Part shown: positions 26,101 to 38,360 of the stretch, piece after piece | Layout: the number at the start of each line of letters is the position of its first letter | Position numbering within the stretch: position 1 is the stretch's first letter | Assembly: GCA_013239625.1 (NCBI GenBank) | Contig: MU054338.1 | Coordinates: 3,185,371-3,249,370, forward strand | DNA length: 64,000 bases | Reading direction: 5' to 3' | Source: Lama guanicoe | Lineage: Eukaryota | Made by a program: the position numbers and the translations under genes | The notes under the pieces: generated by a model | What the model saw: only the letters and a program-made list of their open reading frames with translations | Databases searched by the model: none | What the model was told of the DNA's origin: nothing

Positions 26101-28977
26101 TGGCCGTGTGTGGGGTGGCCAGGCCCGGAGACTCTGGCCCAGCCCTCAGAGTGCCAGCTGCCAGGCTGTGCCAGTCACGCTGGCGGGGAAGGAACACACA
26201 GTCCTTGGCTCTCCCAGCTACCCCTTTGTTCCCAGGCGGAGGTGGGGGGCTGTTGTCCTGGTAACCAGCCCCCCCTTCCCCCTCAAACGATCCCTTGAGG
26301 TGACGAGTGGAGGCACCTGGGGTCTGGGGATTCTGGCCAGAGTGGGTCCCCTGTCACCCAGGGTGGCAGAGAAGTCCCCTCCCCCCGGGCCAGCCCTGCC
26401 TGCTCAGAGCGACTGTGTCTGACCTTGGGAGAGGCCAGGTCACCCTCTTGGGATTGGAATGCCGGAGGTGGCAGCAGCAGGGGGGGACGTTCCCTGCGGG
26501 GCAGGCGCCTCCGTGGTGGCAGCTGCTGGCCCCCTCCTGTCCCCCAGGTTGGAGGCTGCAGCTGGCGCTGGTGGCTCTGGTTCCGGGCGCATGTTATTTT
26601 GGGGGTGGGGGCAAAGGAGCATGAGAGGCGCCTCCACCCAAGGCAGGAAGTGGGGCGGCCCCAGCTGCGTTCTCCCGTTGGCCCACCTGGCCCAGCGGGC
26701 ACCGGAGGCCACCACACAGGAAGTGTTCCCAACGCCCGCCTGTGTGGTCCCCGAATCTGAGGCCTGGAGGGGAGGTGGTCAGCAGGGAGGATGCAGGGGC
26801 CCTTTGTTGCGGGCCAGAATCTTCTAGAAGATGCCAGCTGGGGTAACAACGGTGCCTCTGCCATGAGTGCTTACTTTGGTGGATGTTTATAGACATTGGT
26901 TCCTTGAAACCAGTCTTCTGGAGGGAGGGGCTCTGGATGAATCCGAGTTCTACAGATGAGGAAACTGAGGCTCAGAAACGGAAATGACCCCCCCCCACAG
27001 CTCATAAACTGCACAGCTGGGAATTATTAGCATTTACCATCAGATATACTAACGCAACGTAGGCCTCCAACCCTATAATGTGGACAGCAAGGGGGGTCCC
27101 ACTCAGGGAGACCCTGGGGGTGTCTGGAGACATCTTTGGTTGTCTCATTGGGGAGCTTCTGGCGTCCAGTGGGTGGGGGCCAGGGATGCTCCTCCACGCC
27201 CCACAGGGCCCAGGATGGCCCCCTGCTGAGAACAGCCCAGTCCCAAAGGTAGAGCCTTGTGGAGGTGAAAAATAGTAATAATTATTATTAAATATAATGT
27301 CCTTTTTAAAGATGAGGAAGCTAAGGCCCAGCGAGCCTGTGCTTTGGACTCCTGGGCCTTACCAGGTACCCATTCCCCTTGGCTGCTTCCTGAGCATCCT
27401 GTCACGTTTTGCAGTAAGGGAAACTGAGGCCCAGAAAGGCAGTATAAATGAAGACTCAAACCCACAACCCCAGCCTGGGCCCCTCTGCTCCTTTTCTCAG
27501 ATCAAGCCTGCAGTGGCTATGTGGGCTCAGACCTCCAGGGTCCCCATCCCAGCTCGGCCACTCACTGACCCCAAGGGACCCTGGCTGATGCTGTCAGCCC
27601 CTCAGCTCTGTGTCTCTGAGATGGGTTCCTTCCTTCTTGGATGAAGCAGTAATAGCAACCACTGTGGTTTGTGGAGAGGCAGTATGCACAGGGGCTAGGG
27701 GGTCCAATTCTGGCTGTGAGAACTCGGCAAATCACTGCTCTTCTCTGAGCCTTAGTTATCTCATCTACAAAATGGGGTGATGATCAGTGTCTCTAACTCA
27801 CAGATGATGGAGAGGATTAAGTGATGTAATACACAGCACAGTATGGGGCATGGTAGGGGTTGGATGTTTTAAAATTTTGTAATTGTGGTAAAATACACAT
27901 AACAGAAAATTTACCATTTAAAGCATTCTTAAGTGCACAGCTCAGTGGCATTAAGCACATTCACACTGTCGTGCAACCATCCCCACTATCCATCTCCAGA
28001 ACTCTCTCATCTTCCCAAACTGAAACTCTGTCCCCATGAAATACTAACTCACTCCCCTCCCCCAGCTTCTGGCCCCCACCGTCTATTTTCTGTCTCTATA
28101 GATTTGACCCCTCTAGGGACCTCCTGTGAATAGAATCACACAATATTTGTCTTTTTCTGTCTGGCTTATTTCACTGAGCATCATGTCCTCAAGGTTCATC
28201 CACGTTGGAATGAGTGTCAGAATGTTTCCTTTTTAAGGGTGAATAATATTCCGTTGTGTGGATGGACCACATTTGTGTATTCAGCATCTGTTTATGGACA
28301 CTCAGGTTGCTGAACCAAGCTAGTGGTAAGGGAAAGGGTAACAGTCTAGAAAGATTTTGAAGGTGGATCCAATAGAATTTGCCAAGGGATTGGTTGGGGA
28401 ATGTGATTTTTAAAAAAATACATTCACAATTTTGACACTTGTTTAGGAAAAAAAGGTGGAGACGACTTCTCTTCCCTGTGAGTATGGGCTGAATTTAGTG
28501 ACTTGTTTCTCACAAACAAAATATGGCAGAAGTGATTATGTCAAATGCCTATGACACTTCTGAGACTAGGTCATAAAAGGCACCATAGTTTCCTTGCTCA
28601 TTCTCGTGTCACTTGCCCCAGGGGTAGCCAGGTTGTGAGGACACCCAAGAAGCCCACGTAGCAAGGAACTGAGGCCTCCTGCCAATAGCCACGTGAGGGA
28701 GTCTTAGAAGCAGCTTCTCCAGCCCTAGCTGAACCTGTGATCACAACTGCATTTTGAGCTCTCTCTCTGGCTGCTATGTGGAGAATGGACTGTAGGGGGC
28801 AGGGGTAAGAGTGAAACCAGAGCCACCTGGGAGGTGGCTACCTCAATAGTCCAGGCAAGCATTGATGGTGGCAGAGAACATGGGGAGAGGTGGGTAGACG
28901 GGTTTAATAAGTAGAAAGTAAGACAAATAGAACTTGGGAGAATAAAAGGTCAGTGGTGAAAGATATGTATATGTGTA

Positions 28978-28978
28978 T

Positions 28979-29005
<27 letters not shown>
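28978..29005 (+). repeat. (CA)n microsatellite
   Basis: Direct read. Confidence 0.95.
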
Positions 29006-29010
<5 letters not shown>

Positions 29011-29221
29011 TAACCACAGAATTAGCAAATTTGAAAAAAAAGAAGTCAGTGATGACCCTCAAGTGGGGTCTTCACTGAAACAGGGAGCTGAGGGAGGAGC
29101 AGGCAGATGCAGGGATAGGGGAAGATGAGATGGCAGGTGTAGCTGGGGCCACATCAGGTCCATATCCTCAGTGTCCAAGGGCCTCCAAAAATGTGGCTAC
29201 TTGTATGATTAGAGTACCCTA

Positions 29222-29438
29222 GAGGCTCTCAACTGGGGGTGACTCTGCCCACTCAGAGGACACTTGACAATGTCTGGAGAAATTTTTTGTTGTCACCACT
29301 AGGGGAGGAGGTGCCAGTGGCATCTAGTGGGTAAAAGATGGAGAAGCTGCTCAAGATCCTACAATGCACAGGACCGTCTGCCATAAAAAGAATTATCTGA
29401 CCCCAGGCGTCAATGGTACGGAGGTGGAGAAATCCTAG
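29222..29438 (+). mobile_element. MER20, consensus-like copy
   Basis: ctctcaactggggg...caatgtctggaga...tggcatctagtgggta...atcctacaatgcacaggac...aagaattatctg...gagaaatcct. Confidence 0.8.
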
Positions 29439-32400
29439 GGTTAACCAATGGCTGGAATAAGAAATTCCCAACTTTAGTGGAGGTCGTTCATTCAGTAAAG
29501 TTATCTTTCTTGGGTATGCAATAATCAAGTACAGATCAAGTTTCCTGAGCAGCTCTCCTCCAAACAGTCCTCCCCAAGGAGCTGGAAAAGGGGGAAAGAA
29601 TGAAGAATGGTCTCAAGGGAAATTTTTAAAGGATCAGACAGGAAGTGACTTATATCACTTCCTCTTGCACCCCATTGGCCAGATCAGTCACATGACCTCA
29701 CCTAAGTGCAAGGGGTGCTGGGAAATGTAGTCCAGCCATGTGCCCAGGAGGAAGGAATGTTGGATGGAAAAGGAGCAACCTGTGCCATGGTATTATTACG
29801 ATTGTCCTCATTATTTCTGTTGTTATTCAGACCTAGCAGCTTCCTGAACATATCTCTACTCTTGTGTTCTCTCTTAACTCTATTCCATCCACAGGGTCAG
29901 TAGAGTGATTTTTTCAAATCTGTTTTCTCCAATCCTAACTCTCTGGCCCATCTCCAAAGAAAAGCACTCCAGACATTCCCACCTAAGCCATAGGATCAAG
30001 CCCAATGCCATTGGACTAGCGTTTCCCAGTTCAAAATGTTGAGCAAGGAGTGAAATCTATAGAAATGAACTTTGAAGGTCATCCACGTTTCAGGACCTGG
30101 TAGAGGAGGGTGAGAAGAAAAGGCATGGGTCCTGTGGCTTTGAAGAAAGCAGAAACCCTAAATACAAAGTCCGAGAAGGTGGGAGAAGAACAAAAAGGGC
30201 GTGGCATCAGGGAAATCAAGGGAAGAGGATGTTTGAGTAAAGAGGAAATGATCAGCTATAAGGAATGCTGGAGAGAGATTAGACAGACAGGACAGGTGAG
30301 AGTGGAGCACAGAAAGGCCCTCTTTGCAGAACTGTGCAGGTGGCAAATATAGGAGTCTATAGGATTAGAAAAATCACAGTTTTGCAACCACCCACTAGTG
30401 TAGTAACTGATTCAAGCAAGGGGGGTACGGAAACCACTGCGTGAAAGGTTCTGAGATAAGTTGGTCACATAATCTTGGAATATCTTTCCCACAGATTGCT
30501 TGTCAATTACAACAGGAAAAATTCCCTTGTAATGGGGAAAGCTGGTCAATATGACTGGAACCGAGTGGTCCAAGGTTCACATCATCACCAGTATGGTGAC
30601 AGATCGACATCATGACAGATGACATGGTGCCTCCTGGTACCACGCAGGGAGGGGGACTCAGTATCACGTGAAATCTCACTGCCCAAAAGGCACAACTTGA
30701 ATCTCATTGTGAGGAAACATCAGATTGTGGGAGATTCTGCAAAACAACTGGCCCCTGAGAAGTGACTCTTGCAAAACACACAAAAAAAAAAAACCGAGGG
30801 AACTTCTTGACGAAAAAGAAGTCCTGAGATGTGACAAGAAAATTGCATGTGTGTTTCCCGTTGAATGCCACATCTGTCAGCCACCTCCCTGCCCCCGAAC
30901 CTCCCAACTATAAAAGATATAATGGATGAGAGTATAAAATGATGCAGCCACTGTAGATAACAGTATAGCAAGTTCTCATAAATTAGACATAGAATTGCCA
31001 TATGATCCAGCAAACCCATTTCCACATGTATACACAGAAGAATTGAAAGCAGGGTCTCAAAGAGATATGTATGTGTGCACCGTGTCCACAGCAGCATTTT
31101 TCACCATAGCCGAAAGATGGAAATGGGTGTCCACCGATGAATAAATGGATAAACAAAATGTGATATAAACATACAATGGAATATTATTCAGCCTTTAAAA
31201 AAATCTGACATGTGCTACAATGTGGATAAACTTTGACGACATAAGTCGTCATGAACAGACAAATACTATCTGATTCCACTAATTTGAGGTCCCTAGTGTG
31301 GTCAGTTCAGAGAGACAGAAAGTGGGTGCCAGGAGCCAGGGGTGAGGGGAACAGGAGTTTACTGTTTAACGGGGACAGAGTTTCAGTTTGTGAAGCTGGG
31401 AAATTCTGAATGACGGGGATGGCTGGACAACAATGAACATACTTAATGCCGTGGAACTGTACACTTAAAGTGACAATGGTGGTAAAGTTTATGTTGTGTT
31501 TTACAATAAAAAAGATATATTGGGACAGTGGGGAAATAAGAATATGGAGTGTATATAAGTGAGATGATGGAATTGCATCTATGTTAGAGCCCTGAGAGAG
31601 ACGGTGTTACTATGGTTACTATGGTTATCAGATGCTTCTGATTCTCAGGGTACAGGGTAAAGTGCAAAGTGTAGGGACCAAGCATGATGATGCTACAATT
31701 TGGGAGAAAGAAATAGAAGAAAAGAGCAAATATGGCCACAATCAACAGTTGGAGGCTGGAGGTGGATGATCATCTGTTGTATCGTTCCTTCAACTCTTTT
31801 CTATAGGAACTGGAATTTTTTCCATGTGAAAATTCTGAGACAGTCAAAGGAAGATAACCACTGGTGACCACTGGTGACGCGGAGGTGACGGGGACCTTGT
31901 TGGTGAGCTGTTGGCATTTGAGAAGCCCACAGAAGGGAAACAAATACTAAAACTTATCATTGGCATCTGGCCCCTGCTTGCTGTGTGCCAGATGTTCTCC
32001 TGAAAGTGGTGCATGTTCTAGTCCTTTTAATCTTTTACAAACTCGAGGTGAACACCACTGTTATCTCCATTTTACAGATGGGAAAACTGAGGCCTAGAGA
32101 GGAGAAAACCCTTGTCTCAAACCAGAAGGAAGTGGGCTGAGTTGGGAGCAAATCCAAGGTTTGCTCTGGTTCAAAGGTGCCCCCTCCTCCAGCCTCATGA
32201 CACCTCAGCTATGGGGGCAGTCACCAGCTGGCTTTTGGTGCACTTATCACACTTTTTTTTTCAGTACTGCAGTAACACATTTTTTAATGGAGGTACTGGG
32301 GAGGTACCCCCTGTTTTAAAATTTATTTATTTATTTTTTAACTTCTGACATTCTTGAAATGCTTTATCCCACCATCCAAGAGCAGTTGCATCCTGAACAG

Positions 32401-33477
32401 TGCTGTCATATATTATATAACAATCACTTGTTATATGTTAAACAACCACTTGGGGACTGGAGGGGTGCTGGGGTCCTGAGGAGGACTCCATTGTGGTACC
32501 CCCAACCTAATTTTCCCCCAGCACATGGAACAGAGCTGGACAAAGGCCTGTTGCAGTGCAAGTGGTCAGAACCAGGTGGAGGAAGGGACTAGGGCTGGGG
32601 AGGACGAGAGGTATGCCTGGAAGGCTTCCTGGGGGAGGTGGCATTTGCTCTGCAGCTTTGAAGATCATAGCCCTTCTGGACCTAGTTCTGGGGATGTGGG
32701 GATGGCCCAGACCTGGCCTCCAGAGCCTCAAGGATGCTCAGGCTAAGGCTAAGGACAGAGTTGTCCGGAAGAGGGGCAGCTGAAGGACACCGCCCCAAGG
32801 TTGGATCCTTTTGTCCACTGCAAAGGGAAGACCACATAGTCAAACCAGCAGGGGTATATCCCCACCCTGGCCTAGCAACCACCCCCTCCAGGGAGCCAGG
32901 ACCTCCACCCAAGCTATTTTGGAGACGTCCTAAAAACATGGCTGAAGGTGAGAGATTGCTCCCATAAAAAATTTTTTTTCAAGAGAGAATCAGAAAATAA
33001 GTAAATCTGTGCATTTTACCTGCACTCCTTCCCCTCCAAAAGGTTTGCTCTTAAAACAGCATCTCCGAATGTTCCGGGAAGCCTCGGGTCTGCCATTTAA
33101 GTGTATATGCCTCCTGCCTGTATGGCTGACGGAGGGCCCGCGGCAGGGGTGAGGCAGGTGTGGGTATTTTGTGGCCTGCGGTGCCTGGAGAAATATTTCA
33201 GAGTCATTAGCCCGGAAGCAGCATTTCTGGCCCATTCCTTCATTCCTGTCTACATAGGACCTAGTGGGCCACAGCGAGTGCAGGGGGCACCTGATAGAGG
33301 TTTTAAAAGTTTAAGTCACCGGGTGTGGTGGCCTGATTTGTGTGGAGAGTCTTTTAGTTGCTTGGGGAATTGGATTGCCAGTTAAAAAATACAGGATGCT
33401 CAGTGAAGTTGGAACATCAGATAACCAACGAATGATTTTTTTAAAAAGCAGAAGTATATCCCAAATATGGTGGGGGA

Positions 33478-33525
33478 ACTCATCAACAGGTGACTAGATA
33501 AAGAAGCTATGGTATATATATGCAT

Positions 33526-33560
<35 letters not shown>

Positions 33561-34025
33561 ATACTACTCAGCCCTAAAAAAGAGTAAAATAATGCCATTT
33601 GCAGCAACATGGATGGACCTGGAGATTATCACTCTAAGTGAAGCCAGAAAGAGAGAACAATACCATAGGATATCACTCATATGTAGAATCTTTAAAAAAA
33701 GACATGAACTTATTTCCAAATCAGAAACAGACTCACTAACATAGAAAACAAACTTATGGTTACCAGGGAGGGAAGGAGGTAGGAATGGATAAATTGGAAG
33801 TTCGAGATTTGCAGATACTACTACATATAAAACAGATAGACAAGTTTCTACTATATAGCACAGGGAACTATATTCAATACCTTGCAGTAATCTATAATGA
33901 AAAAGAATATGAAAAGGAATATACGTATGTATATGGATGACTGAAACATGATGCTGTGCACCAGAAATTGACACAATGTTGTAAATGGCACATTGTAACT
34001 GACTGCACTTCAATTTAAAAAAGTG
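33478..34025 (+). mobile_element. Lineage-specific L1 3' end inserted into a MER53
   Basis: atgccatttgcagcaacatggatggacct ORF2 tail, 3'UTR, flanking TATGGTGGGGGA duplication. Confidence 0.85.
33529..33558 (+). repeat. (CA)n microsatellite inside L1
   Basis: Direct read. Confidence 0.95.
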
Positions 34026-34905
34026 TATGGTGGGGGACTTATGCTAAAAAATAATCGTTCTTCTGAAATTCGAGTTTAACTGGGTGTCCTGGATTTTTAT
34101 TTGCGGAAAGGACAGGATGGGGAGGTAAGGTCAGGAACCCAGAGGCCCAGATGCAGGCGACTGCACTGGTCCAGGTGATTGTTGAGGAAGCTGGGAACAG
34201 GTAGAGGCAGAGGAGGGGAGAGAAATGGGAGGGTTCCGGGGAGATTTTGGAGAAAGAGCCCCTGTGACTTGCTGATGGGTCGGACATGTGCAGATGAGCC
34301 AGGAGGGAGGACCTGGGCTTTACCCTGTGTGAAGCAGGAGAGCTCAGAGGGGCTGTGAGTGAACGAGGCCTGTGACTTGACTTGACAGACCCAGTCCGGG
34401 GACTCAACAACCACCCGTCCCCATAAATGGCCCCAGCCCGGGTCTCTCCCGCTCAGCACTGCTGACATTTGGAGCCAGGTCGTTCTCCATGGGGGTTGTC
34501 CTGGGCACTGTGGGGTGGAGCAGCAACCCTGGATGCCAGAAGCACCCCTGCTCCCCTTAGTCGGGCCAACCAATCCAACCAGACTTTGCTAGCATCCTCT
34601 GGAGGGCAGATCACTCCCAGCTGGGGATCCCTGGTTGAGGCACTGAGAGAGCTCACAAGGAGATGGGTCTGGGGTGCCAACTGGGGCAGGGTCCTGGAAG
34701 GCCTTGTCAGTTCCCTTTGTCCTCTCCTGGCATCTAGTGCTCTTTCTTGGGATAGGACAAGTGGATGCCTGCAGGGCTGGAGCGTGGTGAGGTTCAGGCC
34801 ACATGCCACCCATGCCCCGACTCATCTGAAAACCATCAGCGTCAGACCAAGGAAGGACCTGCGTTAGAGTCTGATAAAGCTTCTGCTATTTAGACGTTTG
34901 GGCAT

Positions 34906-35433
34906 TTAATTCCGACAATCTGAGCTCATGGGCAGCACTGCTCCCTCCATCAGCCTGCGGCTGTCTGAGTCCACGGGGCCGCTGGTGATGACAATGGGCA
35001 CCTTGGCCTTCACACTGGTCATGGACCAGGGCAGGTGCACAGTGCTGACCAGCTCGTAGTGGGTGTTCATGATTTCACTGTCCTGCAAGCCGCCGCTCAC
35101 GGACAGCACCGGCGGGAGGTGGAAGGCGCTGACGATCTTGGTGGTGTTGAAGGGTGTGATCTGGGTGTTGGCCTCCTGCCGGAGCAGCTCACTGCTGTCC
35201 ATCCGAGAGCGTCGCTCCGCCTTGGGTGTGAAGCCCTCGTACTGCACGTGGGCGTAGAGGGCGAAGATGACCGTCTTGATGCACTTGCTGGTCTGGTTGT
35301 TGATCTCCGTGGTGAAAATGACCCTTTCCCCCGGCCTGAAGGTGTTTTTTTCCATCTGGATTTGCAGGCAGATGGTGCCCTGGCTGCAGCAGTTGTAGGA
35401 GACCTTCTTCTCAGCCTCCACAAGCAGAGGATT
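34906..35433 (-). CDS. ARRDC5: Arrestin domain-containing protein 5, exon 3 ([16 protein letters not shown]...PMSSDCRN*)
   Basis: ttatag acceptor, 528 nt to TAA; arrestin C-domain; three exons total 987 nt = 328 aa. Confidence 0.95.
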   Translation of the reverse strand, partial: NPLLVEAEKKVSYNCCSQGTICLQIQMEKNTFRPGERVIFTTEINNQTSKCIKTVIFALYAHVQYEGFTPKAERRSRMDSSELLRQEANTQITPFNTTKIVSAFHLPPVLSVSGGLQDSEIMNTHYELVSTVHLPWSMTSVKAKVPIVITSGPVDSDSRRLMEGAVLPMSSDCRN

Positions 35434-36248
35434 CTATAAGTCGAGGGAGGAATAGACACTTGTGAGGTCGCCTCCACCAGATCCGCTTGCCTGCCTGACA
35501 GTCCACCACTATCGCTTCTCCAAGCCTTGAGGCTTTTCAGTCTCTCCTAGTAAAAGGCGTGGAGATAGAATCCGGAGTCTTGGGGATTTTGCAGCCAAAA
35601 GTCATCTCCCAGCTTTGCCATTTAATCAGAGGGCTTTAATCTAAGCCCTTTGCCGTTCCGAGTATCAATTTCTTTCTCTGCAAAATAAGCCTTAGAAATC
35701 CACAAGACCCTGGCTTTATCTCCAGCTCCATTATTCACTTGCCGTGTGACCTTGAACCAGTGGCTTGACTTCTCTGAGCTTTAGTTTTCTGGAAGACAGG
35801 GACTTGTCTCACAGCCTAAGCCCAAGACGTAGGGCTTACCCAAGTAGTTCAGATTTAAGAAGAAAATATTACGGGCTCTGAATCATGAAAAGACAATGGT
35901 AGAGTTGAAATTAGGTAACGTATTTAAATAAAAGCCTCAAAATGCAGCCTTAAACACGTTTCTCCTGTATAGCACAAGGGACTACATTCAATATCTTGTA
36001 GTAACCTATAATGAAAAACAATATGAAAAGGAATATATATATATGTATAGGTATGACTGAAACATTATGCCATACACCAGAAATTGACACAACATTATAA
36101 ACTAACTGTATTTCAATTAAAAAGAACCCCTCAAATTCCAAAAAAAAAAAAATTTGATTTGATGTGATGTGGGTGGGCTTACAATGGCTGGCTCTACGCT
36201 TTTACTTCCTGGGCCTTCTTCCAGAGGAACTTGATACTTTTACAGGTA

Positions 36249-36272
36249 TGTGTGTGTGTGTGTGTGTGTGTG
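36249..36272 (+). repeat. (TG)n microsatellite
   Basis: Direct read. Confidence 0.95.
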
Positions 36273-37479
36273 TCTGTGTGCACACTCATGTGGGTGTGTA
36301 TTCCTTTTAAGTGTACAAAAAGAATAGTGTAATAAATACTTCCAAACGCCCTTCCCACTCCACATTAGAGACGTCCAGGTGGTATCTTGAAATTGGCCAT
36401 AATGAGGGTATTTACACCATGAAAATTGGCAGAGAGTACAAATCAGGGCTGCCCTGCACCAGAGCTGGTTGTTAACCCTTTACTAGCACACCATAGCCAT
36501 GTTCCTACTACCTGTTTGATCAGCATGTAGGACTTCTTCTAATTTGCTTAGATCTTGACTCACTTAAGAAGTAGAACATCAGAGATCTAGCTGAAGCCCC
36601 CAGGGACCCCTCCCCACTGTCATTCCCTGCTCTTCCTTCTAGGAAGTAACCATTATCCTGAATTTGGGGGCTTATCCTATCTATGCATGAAAAAAACCTC
36701 TTAAATGCTATTAGGAAATACAGCACAGATACCAAAAACCCCATGGAGCAAATGTGTAACTTTGTGAATTACTGTAATAACCATCCATGTCAAGAAGTAA
36801 ACACCTGCCGGTTTCCCCCCAGAGTCTCTCAGTTGTGCTAAGCCTCCCACTCTGCCCTCAAACTGCAACTATCCTGAATTTTATAGTAATCACTTTCTCG
36901 GACCTCCACATTTGTTCTTTCACTACACACACGGAGGGACCGCAACAAGATACACTGTTTTAGTAAAAAGTGTGTAAAACGTAATATAACAAGCTCACAT
37001 GTGACTTCCAGCCACCGCGAGAAATCAAACATTATTAGCAGTTCATCTGAAATCTGCAGGGTTCTGTGTGCTTCGCCTCTTTGCTCCCTGCCCCCTTCTC
37101 TGCACAGGTAGCCATCATCAGAATTTGACATTTGTCATTCTCAAGCAAATGTTCATATTGTTTAGGAGTATATCTACATTCGATTGAAATGCACAGTGTT
37201 GTTTTACATATTTGAATGCTTTAAATAAATCAAGCCTTATATGTTTTCCAGCAACTTGCTTTTCTAGCTCAACATTCTGTGTTCACACTGGTGCCTGCAA
37301 TCCTGATTCATTTGTTTTTACAATGGCACTGGTGTGTGTAGGAAAATTATTTATTTACCTGTCCCCCATCCATGTTGGACATGTATATTGTTTCCATGTC
37401 TTTGATGTCATAAAAGAGCTAGAAGGAGCATCCGAGAGATGCTTTTTCTTGGGCTTCCATGCAAGGAAGAGTTGTTCTA

Positions 37480-38360
37480 CCAAAGACGACGTTACAGATG
37501 GCCAATAGGCACATGAAAAAAGGCTCACCATTGCTAATCATCAGAGAAATGCAAATCAAAATCACAGTGAGACAGCACCTCACACCTGTCAGAATGGCCA
37601 TCATCAAAACGCCTACAAATAACAAATGTCGGCGAGGACATGGAGAAAAGGGAACCCCTGTACACTGGTGGTGAATGTAAACTGGTGCAGCCACTGTGGA
37701 AAACAGTATGAAGGGTCCTCAAAAAACTAAAGGTAGAACTACCATATGATCCAGCAATTTGACTGCTAGGTATATATATCCAAGGAAAACAAAAACACTA
37801 ATTTGAAGATACATGCACTCCAATGTTCATAGCGGTATTATTTACAATAACCAAGATATGGAAGCAACCTAAGTGTCCATCAGCAGATGAATGGATAAAG
37901 AGTATGTGGTTTGTATGCACAGTGGAATATTACTCAGTCATAAAAAGAGTGACATTCTGCCATTTGCAGCAATGTGGATGGACCTAGAGGGTATTATGCT
38001 CAGTAAAATAAATCAGGCAGAGGAAGACAAGTACTCCATACAAACACTTAAGCGTGGAATCTAAAAAATAAAACAAATGAATGTATATAACAAAACAAAC
38101 AGACTCAGATACAGAGAACAAACTAGTGGTTATGAGTGGGGAGAAGGAAGAGGGAAGAGGCAAGATAGGGGTAGGGATTGAGAGACACAAACTACTATGA
38201 ATAAAGTAAATGAGTAACAAGGATAAATTATACAGTACAGGAAAATATAGCCATTATTTTGTAATAACTTTAAGTGGAGTATAATCTATAAAAATATAAA
38301 GTCACTGTGTTATACACCTGAGGCTAATGTAATATTATTAATCAACTATACTACAATGAT
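37480..38360 (+). mobile_element. 5'-truncated L1 (ORF2 C-terminus and 3'UTR) in ARRDC5 intron 2
   Basis: Translates to QMANRHMKK...[24 protein letters not shown], the L1 ORF2p C-terminal region. Confidence 0.9.

Noticed and set aside
25646..26422. 258-aa ORF and overlapping long ORFs
   Set aside because: TTG start, Pro/Gly/Ala-rich, open in many frames as expected for high GC; no recognisable domain or exon structure
34906..35000. Absence of PPxY motifs in the ARRDC5 tail
   Set aside because: Known property of ARRDC5 among alpha-arrestins
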